Shown here: positions 8,541 through 18,565 of the stretch, piece after piece | How positions within the stretch are numbered: position 1 is the stretch's first letter | Layout: every line of letters starts with the position of its first letter | The notes under the pieces: generated by a model | Databases searched by the model: none | What the model was told of the DNA's origin: nothing | The model's input: only the letters and a program-made list of their open reading frames with translations | Source: a virus | DNA length: 25,997 bases | Reading direction: 5' to 3' (one strand) | IMG/VR virus record: IMGVR_UViG_3300045988_065179 | Span: 1 to 25,997 of that record | Position numbers and translations under genes: made by a program

Positions 8541-11500
8541 AAATATTAAATTATTTATTGCAGGAAAAGAAGTACATTGTTCTGAAGGCATATCATTACC
8601 AATGACTTATACTGTAGAAGATTTTCAGAATCCAACAATAGTAAAAAATTCATTCAGTAAGACTATAAGCATTCCAGGAGACAAAAACAATAATAAGATT
8701 TTTGGAGAGATTTATAAGTTAGATAGATTTCTCCATATAAAAGAAGGTAATTTCTCTGGAGTATATTTTGATCCTTCAAAACGAGTTGATTTTGGAATCT
8801 ATAATAATGACTATTTAGTTGAATCTGGATATATGCAATTAAATAGTATATCTATAAAACAAGCTATTATTACTTATAATATTACTTTATATGGAGGATT
8901 AGGAGATTTCTTTTATGGTCTTAAATATAAAGAAGATGGTACTATTAGGACTCTTGCTGATTTACAATACTTTGTAACTGATGAAGATGGGAATACACTT
9001 CCTGCTGATACTGAACTTAATTTTTATATTAACAAAGATTTTGTAAATACTTGTTTTGACTGAAGTAAAACGAATGAAGGAAGTCAAATATATGATTATT
9101 TGACATTTATTCCAGCATATAATGGTTTATATGAAGATTTTGATAATGAAACTTGTTTAATAAATACTAATGAAAATAGTATATTTCCTACTAGTAAGAC
9201 AGATTCAGGAGTTACATATACACCTTATAATGGATATGGATTAGCTAAATTAAATAGAGCATATACAGAATGGGAGATGAGAGATCTTAGAAGTTATATG
9301 CAGAGGCCAGCTTTAAAATTGAGTAAGTTAATTGAAACTATCTGTAGAAAAGAGAATTCTGGATATGATGTAGTATTTGATCCTTCATTTTTTAATTGAA
9401 ATAATCCGTATTGAAGTAAATCCTTTGTAGCTTTACCTTTATTATCTAATCTAGTAAGTGACGAAGAAGATGTAACAGAATCTGGCTTTTTAGTAGAAGA
9501 TAGTAAATATAATTATCAGGTAGGTATAAATAAAGGAGAATCTACATCAAGTCCTTTAAAATTATCCATTGCATCACCTGATATTGTTTACGATTCTGGA
9601 ATAATTGATTTAAGTGAGGCTGGATTTAGAAAAAGCCTTTCTACAACTTTTTATTTTAAGTTAAAGTTTAATCGAACTGCAGGAAATGTTGGGGATAGAT
9701 ATTTTTTTGGATTTAGAAGGTATTTTAGCTCCTCTGCTCCTCCTTTTTATTCAGCATATAGAGGATACGCTGATGTTTGGCTAACAATTACTAATGAAGT
9801 AGATGATACTATTTATACTTCTGAAATACATAGATTTACAAATTCAGGAACCTACTCACATCCTATAGCTAATGGGGTTAATCATTTTGGGTATTTTCAA
9901 AATAATGTATTTTATGATACTTCTTCATTAACTAATGATTTTGTTATTAATATTACAAATTTTAAAATTCCAATTAATAAAATTAAAATTAAACTTAATG
10001 TTGTATGATCTACTGGAAATAGTGTTCGCCCTACTGGATTATTAAGTGAAGTAATAGAAAGAGGAGAGGATTACCAAGCTATTCCAAAAGGAGATCTTAT
10101 AGTAGATCTTACTTCTCCCATTGAAATTACTACTTCTACAGAGGTACTTCAAAGTAATGCATTATTAACTAAAAAATTATTATTAAAAACAGAACAATCT
10201 CCTGCTGATTACTTATTGAGTTATGCAAAACTGTTTGGGTTATATTTTACAAAAGATGTTGATAGTAAAACAATTAGAATATATACTAGAAATAATTTCT
10301 TTAAGAATATAATCTCTGATTGGAGCAAGAGAATAGATTATTCTAAAGATTTCAATGTAAATCCAATATTATTTGATAAGAAGTGATATAGAATGAGTTC
10401 TGAAGGTCCAGAAACTTATTTTTATAAAAAATACAATAAGGAATATTCTATATTATATGGTCAACAAAGATTAAATACTGGTTATAATTTTAATTCTGAA
10501 ACAACTGAACTGTATAGTGATAATATATATGAAAATATAGTTTCTGCAAGATGGAGAAATAAATATTTTAGAAATTTTTACAATTCTTCTTCCCTTGTAG
10601 TTCCTGCATTTATGAATGATAATATTACCTATACATTATTTAATAATAGCACTACTGAACTTAAGACTATAGATCAAGAGTTATACGGAGCTAATTTTAT
10701 AGATCCCTCTAAAACCACAGAATGATATAAAATCGCAGGTAATGATATATTTGCCAAAAATGTATTTTTCTCAATTGATGGTAATGAGGAATCTTTAGAG
10801 GATATCTCTCAATCCCTAGTATTCTTTAACGGTAATGTTCCTTTAACTGATGTAAAAGGAAATGAAGTAACATATTGAATTACAGATGATCTTACAGAAA
10901 TGAACATATTAAATGATCAGGAAATGTGTTATATATCTACTAAAAGTGAGAAAGATATTAGGGGGAATAAAATTGCTATAAAGAGAACTGTATTACCTCA
11001 ATTTACAAGGTATACCGTTTCGTCCTCTAATGTTACTGCTTCTTGAGATTTTGGATTACCACAAGAGATTTATATTGATGATATAACTTATAATATCGGA
11101 AGTACTATTTATAGTAGATTCTGAAGTGAATTTTATAATGATCAATTTGATGTAAATACTAAAAAAGTTACCTGCTTTGTAAGATTGGATGATTTAGATG
11201 TTAAGTATGATTTACTTAGACAGTTCTATTATTTTGAAGATTCTTACTGGATACTTAATAAGATTGATGCTTATGATATTAATTCAGATTCTACAGTTAG
11301 ATGTGAATTTATTAAAGTTCAAGATATTAATAGTTATTTAGCTGGAGTTCAAAATCTAGGTGAATACATATCATTTGATGATTCAGATCCAGTTGTAGAT
11401 TATAAAGCTGGGACTAAAAAGATTACAGTTACTTCTAATATTCCTTGAGAATTAGGATGATATAGTCCAAATGAAATTGTAAGCGTTACACCTGAATCTG

Positions 11501-11892
11501 GGCAACCTGGAGAAACAGAATTAACAGTTACTTATAATGAGAATACTACATATAATCAAAGGAGTTTCTACTTTAGTCTTTATAAACAAGGAGGCATAGA
11601 TGGTCCTAAATGTATGTTTACTCAAACTCCAGACCCAAATAAAGCTGTTCTTATTACAGGAAAACTTCAAACTTCTACTGGAGGTATTCCTTCTGGTGTT
11701 AATCAGATTCTAACTGAAAACGATAACTTCTTGAATGTGGCTTATATGCAGGATAATGGAAATTATAGAATATATGCACAAAATGGAGTCCAGTTTAAAT
11801 TTGAAGTGACTGATGGACCAACAGGAACAGTTAAATATACAGAGAATTTAACACTAACAGAAGATACTGTTAAAAACGTAACTATAAACTAA
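8533..11892 (+). CDS. very large tail/baseplate structural protein (1119 aa) with a C-terminal BACON-like domain
   Basis: A single frame runs from ATG 8533 to TAA at 11890-11892. It contains 11 in-frame TGAs: 9061, 9397, 9412, 10006, 10384, 10723, 10876, 11044, 11122, 11446 and 11458. I found no in-frame TAA or TAG when checking line by line. The C-terminal region reads 'WELGWYSPNEIVSVTPESGQPGETELTVTYNENTTYNQRSFYFSL'. Confidence 0.75.
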
Positions 11893-11893
11893 T

Positions 11894-14236
11894 ATGGCTG
11901 AAGAAATTAAAAAAGTAATTAGTATAGATACTAAAACCAGTTCAAAGTCGATCAAGCAGCTACGAGAAGAAGTAGCTGGCTTGACGGCTGAACTTGAAGA
12001 TCTTGAGATTGGTAGTACTGACTATACTAAAAAGCTTGAGGAACTTGTTAATGTTCAAAATAAGTTAGGTGTTGCTACAGAATCTATGCAAGGTAAAACT
12101 GTAAATGCAGTTAAGGCGTTTGACAGTATCAATCAAGTAGCAGGAGGTTTAGCTGGAGGAGTTTCAGCTGTTAGTGCAGCATTCACTTTATTTGGAAAAG
12201 ATACAGAGAATCTTCAAAAAACTATGGTTAAATTGCAAGCAGCAATTGCTATAGTTCAGGGAATTGGAGGATTAAAAGGTTTAGGTGAAGGTATTCTTAA
12301 TGGAGTAAAATCATTTAAGGCATTATCTGTAGCAATAACTGGTACATCAGCTGCTATGAATGGATTTAAGGCAGCATTAGTATCAACAGGAATTGGTGCG
12401 CTACTTGTAGCAGTTGGTTTGCTTATAGATAAACTTACTTCATTAAAAGATGAAGCTAAATTAACAAGCGATGAAATAGAAAATATTAGACAAAGGAATG
12501 AGAATTTAAGAACTCAAGCTAAAGAATCATTTTGAGAGGAGGAATATCGGAGTCTTATTAAATTAAATCCTGAATTACAAGATGAAATAGAGAATGTAAT
12601 TAAAGCTACTGATGCATATAGGGAATTAAATAGAATAAGAACTGAAACTCAAAAAAAGGCTTGAGAAGAATATGATGCTAAGATATTCTTGAATAATATT
12701 ATAGAACTAGATAAGGCATTTAAGAATGCTCTAACTGCTTATGATAAAGATTTACTATCAATAGGTACAAGATTTGGTAAAACAGAAGAGGAAATCTCAG
12801 AATTATTTAAAAATACGTTATCTAGACAACAATTCTTAAAAAAAGTAACTGGGAAGGATGTAAAAGAAGCAAGATTAGAATTAGAAAGAATTTCTGAAAG
12901 TCTATTAGACAATAGTAAGTATTTAGCAGAAACTAAAGATCCTTTATATGATTACCAAAATCTTGTAAAAACAGGAAATAAAATTCTTGAAGATAGAAAA
13001 AAAGCAGAAGAAGAAGCGGCAAGAGCTAGAAAACAGGCTTTAGATAAACTTCAAGATGAAATAAAAACTAAAAAAGCAGCCATTGATAAATATTGGTCTG
13101 ATAATGAAAAAACTTTATTAAGTGAAACAGATAGAGAAAATTTAATTTTAAGAGAAAATTATCAGTTACAATTAAATGATTTAAAATGGCTACTCGATAA
13201 AAAAGAATTAACTCAAGAGGAATATTTAAAAAGAGTTAAACAAGTAAATGATGCATATAATAAAGAATATTTAGAAGATCAGAGAGAAATTTATAAAACA
13301 GAGCTTCAAGATAGATTATCTGCATTACAAGAAATGCAAGATAGGGAATCTCAATTATTTGCAAATAAAGAGGCTGCATTATCTGCAGGTAAATCTGGAA
13401 GTTACGAAACTAGAGTTCAACAATTTGGTTCAACGGATTTCTATCAATCTGGAGAAGATGTTCAAAAACAATATCAAGATACATTAGCTTATAATGAACA
13501 GTTATATAATCTTACCAAAGATAAAATTACAAGAGAGAATGAATTGATGTCTCAACAGCAAGCTATCTTAGATGAGCAATATAACAATAAGCTGATAACT
13601 GAACAAGAATATACCAATCAATCTCAAGCAATTAAATTACAGCAAGAAGCTAATGATATAGCTTTATCAGAAGCAGCTAATGCAAGAGAAGAAGCAGATC
13701 TTCAAGCATTTAAAGATAGACAAGCTAAAAAGCAACAGGCTATTCAAGCTACTATGAATGTAGCTTCTTCTTTAAGTGGAGCTTTAGCTAATGTATTTAA
13801 ACAAGAAGCTAGTGATGATTCAAAATCAGAGAAACAGAGGGAGAAATCATTTAAAGTTTATAAAGCATTAGCTACTACTCAAGCTATTATTGATACTATC
13901 AGTTCTGCCCAAGGTGCATATAAAGCTATGGTAGGTATTCCGATTGTAGGACCTATTCTTGCTCCAATTGCTGCTGCTACAGCTGTTATTGCTGGTATTG
14001 CTAATGTAAAAGCTATCCAAAATGAGCAGCTTCCTTCATCTGGAGGTTCTGGAAGTGATGCAGGAACTACTGCTCCTGCTGCTTTAAATACTGCTCCTGT
14101 AGAATATACTCGAAACTTACTTGGCAATAAAGAGACTGATGAATTGAATCAACCAGTTAAATGTTATGTAGTTGAGAGTGATATTACTACTGCTCAAACT
14201 AAAGTTGCAGTTACAGAATCAAATGCAAGTTTCTAA
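11894..14236 (+). CDS. tape-measure-like protein (780 aa)
   Basis: The protein has long coiled-coil-type Q/E/K-rich sequence and Gly/Ala-rich hydrophobic segments near both ends. The 11894 and 12689 ORFs are joined in frame by TGAs at 12533 and 12662. Confidence 0.65.
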
Positions 14237-14237
14237 A

Positions 14238-14298
14238 GTGAGTAAAATTTATGACACTACTATGTAAGTTGCTGATTATCAGTGCTTATATAGTAGTG
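14238..14298 (+). terminator. degenerate motif copy (GTGAGTAAAATTTATGACAC) plus a long imperfect hairpin just after the tape-measure-like gene stop
   Basis: The stem is CACTACTAT-GTAAG-(TTG)-CTGAT, then a one-nucleotide T loop, then ATCAG-(TG)-CTTAT-ATAGTAGTG, spanning 14255-14298. An A/T-rich tail follows it. Confidence 0.4.
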
Positions 14299-14333
14299 CT
14301 ATGTCAAAATTTATTTATCTTAGATACAAATTT

Positions 14334-14372
14334 GAGTAAAAACTTGACATTTGATAGTATATAAATATATAA
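14334..14372 (+). promoter_or_regulatory. conserved motif copy 3 with a -10-like element (candidate promoter of the head-gene block)
   Basis: GAGTAAAAACTTGACA lies at 14334-14349. A TATATA/TATAAA-like sequence sits about 16-17 nt after TTGACA. The motif ends 79 nt upstream of the ATG at 14429. Confidence 0.5.
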
Positions 14373-14428
14373 AAATAAAAGATTGTAACAATATTACATT
14401 TTTAAAATAGCTTATATATTAATAAAAA

Positions 14429-15022
14429 ATGGAAAAAATGTATAATGATCTTCCATTATATCAAGCAATTATTGCTGATGATTGTGATGGAATAGAGTTC
14501 GTAGCATTGACCAGTAAACCTGCAACCCAAGTTAATTGGCTTGCTTTTGGGGAATCTCAGAAGTTCTCGATGGATGAAGAAAAACATATAGTTACTTCTT
14601 GTTTAATGGTATGTGATATACCTATATTTAGACGGGATAGTAAAAACGGAGAATATTATATTCAATATGATAAAGAAACTCTCCGTTTAATGGCTGAAAA
14701 AATGATGTATGATAAGAGAACTACTGATGTAAATATTGAACATTTGGAAGATTCAGTAATTCCTGGAATAATTCTTCAAGAACTATATGTTAAAGATATA
14801 GATAGAGGAATTAATCCAGTTGAATTTGCTGATTGTCCAGATGGTTCATTATTTGCTACTTATAAAGTAAATAATCCTGTTATATGGGATGCAATTAAAG
14901 CTGGCAAGTTTAAAGGGTTCTCTATTGAGGGATTGTTTACTTTAGAAAGACAATCTGATGAATATGAGGAACTTAAAGAGATTCAAAAAATGTTGAGAAA
15001 AATAAAAAGAGTTAAATATTAA
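14429..15022 (+). CDS. XkdF-like putative prohead protease
   Basis: '...VNIEHLEDSV...' and 'VIWDAIKAGKFKGFSIEG' resemble the PBSX XkdF family, and the gene sits before the scaffold and capsid genes. There is no TGA; both Trp codons are TGG. Confidence 0.65.
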   Translation: MEKMYNDLPLYQAIIADDCDGIEFVALTSKPATQVNWLAFGESQKFSMDEEKHIVTSCLMVCDIPIFRRDSKNGEYYIQYDKETLRLMAEKMMYDKRTTDVNIEHLEDSVIPGIILQELYVKDIDRGINPVEFADCPDGSLFATYKVNNPVIWDAIKAGKFKGFSIEGLFTLERQSDEYEELKEIQKMLRKIKRVKY

Positions 15023-15028
15023 TTAATT

Positions 15029-15640
15029 ATGAGTAAATTCACAAAAATTAAACTTGAGTTAGCTAAGATGCTTGCAAAATTTAACGATGTTAAGACTAGT
15101 GCTGGAGTTCTAACTTACGATGGTAGTGAGGATGAGGATCTAAGGGCAGGTATGAGTGTATATACAATGGATACTGATACTGGCGAATATGCACCTGCTG
15201 CTGATGGTGAGTATGTTACCGAAGATGGCAAAACTATTGTTGTTAAAGACGGTAAAGTAGAGTCCATTACTGATCCTAAAGCTGAAGTTGATCCTGAAGA
15301 AGACAGGACTGTTGAGGTTGATGCTGCTTGTGGAACTAAGAGAGTAAAAGCTGAGGAAGTTGCTGATCCTGCTGTTGAAACAGACGGTGTTAAAGAAACT
15401 GAGACTGATGCAATCGACGCTATTCATCGCGAAATTAATGAGCTCTATGATATTGTAGATAAGCTTGTTAAGAAAGTAGCAGAACTTGAAGGAAAATCAG
15501 AAGCTACTGAAAAGACTGTAGAAAAAATGAGTAAGATGAGTGCTGCTTTTTCAGCAGAGGAAACACTTGAAAATAAAACAACTGCTCCTATAAGTGGGAT
15601 AGCAGAAATAGATAGAAAGCTTAAAAACTTTATTGGTTAA
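15029..15640 (+). CDS. scaffolding protein
   Basis: The protein is acidic and rich in D/E, has a coiled-coil-like C-terminus, and is encoded between the protease and capsid genes. Confidence 0.6.
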   Translation: MSKFTKIKLELAKMLAKFNDVKTSAGVLTYDGSEDEDLRAGMSVYTMDTDTGEYAPAADGEYVTEDGKTIVVKDGKVESITDPKAEVDPEEDRTVEVDAACGTKRVKAEEVADPAVETDGVKETETDAIDAIHREINELYDIVDKLVKKVAELEGKSEATEKTVEKMSKMSAAFSAEETLENKTTAPISGIAEIDRKLKNFIG

Positions 15641-15661
15641 TTTATAAAATTTTAAATAATT

Positions 15662-16567
15662 ATGGCAAATAGTCCTGTAATGACAACGCTTCCTGCTTAT
15701 GTGGAGCAAAGACGTCTCCCTCTTATTAAGGAAGCGGTTTTAAAAGCTAAGAGTGCAAGTTTATTTAATCTTCAGACAGATATTAAAACTGATGCTGCTC
15801 TTAACCTGTTATCTACCGATGTTCAGTTCGGTGATGGTCTTACTTGTGGTTGGGATGAGGCTGGAACTCAGACTCTTTCTCAGAGAATTCTTAAGACTGG
15901 TAATATTAAGATTAATATGGCATATTGCGATAAGGCTATGCTGAAATACTGGACTCAGTATGCAGTTAAGGTAGCCGCTGGTCAGAAGACACTTCCTTTT
16001 GAAGAGGATTTCGTAAATGCTGTTGTAGAGAACGTAAAAGAGGCTATTGAGGTAGCTATCTGGCAGGGTGATACGGCTTCAAAAACTAATAACTTGAAGT
16101 ATTTTGATGGTCTGCTTAAGATTCTTGCTGATGATGCTGGTACTGTAGATGTAGAAATTGCTGGAACATCTGCCTATACTGACATTATGGCAGTTTATAA
16201 TGCAATTCCTGAGAAGGTTCTTGATGGTGCTTCGATTCTTGTTGGTGCCGATATGTTCCGTAAGTTCGTAAATGAACTTGTTGAGAAGAACTATTTCCAC
16301 TATAGCGGAGAGAGCCTTAATGGTGAGATTTATCTTCCTGGTTCACAGGTTAAGGTTATTGCTGTTAATGGTCTTAATGGAACTGATAAGATTGTTGCTG
16401 GTCAGTTAGACAAGAACTTCTTCTATGGTGTAGATATGATGAACGATGAAGAGAAATTCGAATTGTGGTATTCACAGGATTTCCGCGAGTTCAGATTAGC
16501 TATTGAATTTAACGCTGGTGTACAAGTTGCTTTCCCTGATGAAGTAGTATTAGGTGCCAAGGCTTAA
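15662..16567 (+). CDS. major capsid protein (HK97-fold type)
   Basis: This is a 301-aa ORF in the canonical position. Its sequence is typical of capsid proteins paired with XkdF-like proteases. It has the highest G+C and the most distinct codon usage in the window. All four Trp codons are TGG. Confidence 0.8.
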   Translation: MANSPVMTTLPAYVEQRRLPLIKEAVLKAKSASLFNLQTDIKTDAALNLLSTDVQFGDGLTCGWDEAGTQTLSQRILKTGNIKINMAYCDKAMLKYWTQYAVKVAAGQKTLPFEEDFVNAVVENVKEAIEVAIWQGDTASKTNNLKYFDGLLKILADDAGTVDVEIAGTSAYTDIMAVYNAIPEKVLDGASILVGADMFRKFVNELVEKNYFHYSGESLNGEIYLPGSQVKVIAVNGLNGTDKIVAGQLDKNFFYGVDMMNDEEKFELWYSQDFREFRLAIEFNAGVQVAFPDEVVLGAKA

Positions 16568-16607
16568 TTTCAATAGATTTTATTAACTTATAAATGATAT
16601 TGAAATT

Positions 16608-17132
16608 ATGGCTTGTTTAATAACTATCGCAGGAATCACACTTGATTGCCAACCTTCATTGGGTGGAATCAAACAGGTATGGATTACCCAGTATGCAGAT
16701 GTTAAAAGTGTAACGGTTGATCCTGAGAGCAATATGATTTCAGCTATTACTCTTGAGTCTTCAGCTAAATGGTATAACTACCAATTTAGAAAGGCTACTG
16801 GTTCTCTAACCTCAACTTTAAATGTAGATGAAAGTGCTGGTGTTAATTATGTAAGTAATGAGCTTGCTCTTGTATTTACAAAGATGGAAACAGCAAAACG
16901 AGTAGAGATTGCAGCTTTATCAATTGGTCAGCTTGCAGTTGTTGTTGAAGATAGCAATGGTAAGTATTGGTTCTTAGGTAAAGATGATTATGTAAGCGCT
17001 TCCGCTGGTACGGGTGTTACTGGTACTGCTAAAGGTGATCAGAATGCTTATACTCTGACACTTTCAACAGATTCAGATTCTTATCCTTATGAGTTATCTG
17101 CAGAAGCTATCCAAAGCGTTGTAGGTGCTTAA
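16608..17132 (+). CDS. abundant virion protein, possibly the major tail tube protein
   Basis: This is a 174-aa ORF. 'VVVEDSNGKYWFLGKDD...TGTAKGDQNAYTLTL' resembles tail tube proteins. It is TGA-free, with three TGG Trp codons, and a strong terminator follows it. Confidence 0.55.
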   Translation: MACLITIAGITLDCQPSLGGIKQVWITQYADVKSVTVDPESNMISAITLESSAKWYNYQFRKATGSLTSTLNVDESAGVNYVSNELALVFTKMETAKRVEIAALSIGQLAVVVEDSNGKYWFLGKDDYVSASAGTGVTGTAKGDQNAYTLTLSTDSDSYPYELSAEAIQSVVGA

Positions 17133-17141
17133 TAACAGAAA

Positions 17142-17180
17142 GAGGGGCGAGTATTAATTTACTTGCCCCTTATTTTGTTT
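17142..17180 (+). terminator. rho-independent terminator
   Basis: The stem GGGGCGAGT (17144-17152) pairs with ACTTGCCCC (17161-17169), including one G-U pair. The loop is 8 nt and the sequence TTATTTTGTTT follows. Confidence 0.75.
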
Positions 17181-17223
17181 ATATACCACATAATGAATAA
17201 TTTATATTTTATAGAAAAATAAT

Positions 17224-18345
17224 ATGGCAATAGTATTCACATCAGAACCAGTAGCTAAAAATACTACAACTAAAAATTTAGATTTAATTAAAGCTGCTGA
17301 ATGTAAGTTACAAGAAAAATCAGTAGAATATACTCAAAATGCAGAGTTTGAAGTACTGCCAGATGAGGGATATGATGGAATGTCTAAGGTAAATGTATCA
17401 GTTGATGTGGCAGTTCCAACAGTTCAAAATAATAAAGATGCTTCTATTACTTCTAATGGCACTATTGAGATTCTTCCAGATAGTGACTATGATGTTATGG
17501 AGAAGGTAACTGCTACTGTAAATATTCCATTACAAGATAAGCACATTTCAATAGACAAAAATGTATCAATGACAGAAATAACTCCTGATGAAGGATATTC
17601 TGGTTTATCAAGAGTTGAAGTCGATGTAGAAATACCAGTTGAGGATAATAAACAGGTTACTATTACTGAAAATGGAACTACTACTATCATTCCTGGAGAT
17701 GGATATGATTATATAGAGATGTGTGACGTAATTGTTAATGTTCCTACATATAATATAGAAGATAATGTTACTAGAAGTGTTTTTTTAAGCTCAGATGGAT
17801 CTCAACAATATACTCCTTCATCAGGTTATGATGCAATGAAGAAACTAACATTACAAGTTTATATACAATATAGTATTGATAATCCAGGAGTAAGTTTAGC
17901 ATATTATCAACAGAATAATGTCCCTGATAATATTATATGATGGGAATCATTAACTGATGGGAGTTATAAATGTGCTTCTTCAGAATTAAAAACATTTGAT
18001 AAAACATTATCTTCATTAAATATAGGATCAAATATGTTCTTATTTTGTTCAAGTTTAGAAACCTTTTCGTCTGATTTAAGTGCATTGACTGAAGCAGAGA
18101 ATATGTTTGGTAGTTGTTTTAATATTAAAGATATTACATTAACTGGAACATTAGATGTTGATTTAGATTTAGCAGGCACTAATAGTACTAGAATAACAGT
18201 AGATTCATTAATGTCAGTAATAAATGCATTAGTAGATTTAACAGGGCAAGTAGAAAAAACACAAACAATTGGATCTGCAAATCTTGCAAAACTAACAGAT
18301 GAACAAAAAGCAATTGCAACTAATAAAAATTGGATATTAGCATAA
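17224..18345 (+). CDS. receptor-binding/tail fibre protein paralog 1 (373 aa): tandem PDxGYD repeats plus a BspA-like LRR C-terminal domain
   Basis: The 17224 and 18034 ORFs are joined by the TGA at 17938 (TGA followed by TGG, giving WW). The C-terminus '...LTDEQKAIATNKNWILA' is shared with paralogs 2 and 3. Confidence 0.7.
17311..17865 (+). repeat. five tandem 36-41-aa coding repeats (consensus ..T.NG...I.PD.GYDGM.KV.V.V.)
   Basis: The repeat cores are 'VLPDEGYDGMSKVNVSVDV', 'ILPDSDYDVMEKVTATVNI', 'ITPDEGYSGLSRVEVDVEI', 'IIPGDGYDYIEMCDVIVNV' and 'YTPSSGYDAMKKLTLQVYI'. Confidence 0.75.
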
Positions 18346-18560
18346 TGGAACATTTACATATTAATAAAACTGATAAATTCATTATACTTACATCAGATGA
18401 AGGGTATTATATTACAAAGTATGATGGATCTAATATTAAAGACTATTGTGCATTTACAATAATGTATTGTCCTTTAACTATTGATGTTAATAAGTATTAT
18501 ATTGTTAATGAATTAACACATAAGTCATACTTAAAAGATAAAGAATCAATTAAAAAATAA
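18345..18560 (+). CDS. small conserved protein paired with paralog 1 (possible fibre chaperone)
   Basis: It is a paralog of 21875..22111: 'EGYYITKYDGSNIKDYCAFTIMYCPL' aligns with 'EGYVLTNYKEGMDIKTYSSFTECICPL'. I prefer the start at 18345, where TAATG overlaps the upstream stop. Confidence 0.55.
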   Translation: MEHLHINKTDKFIILTSDEGYYITKYDGSNIKDYCAFTIMYCPLTIDVNKYYIVNELTHKSYLKDKESIKK

Positions 18561-18565
18561 ACAAT

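Noticed and set aside
15029-15047. ATGAGTAAATTCACAAAAA at the start of the scaffold gene as a fifth copy of the GAGTAAAAACTTGACA motif.
   Set aside because: Only the GAGTAAA part matches, the TTGACA core is missing, and the sequence is coding. The resemblance is most likely chance in AT-rich sequence.
15753-15944. A + strand 63-aa ORF in an alternative frame inside the major capsid gene.
   Set aside because: It is embedded in the capsid reading frame and is Leu/Arg-rich, which fits an off-frame artefact of the locally higher G+C.
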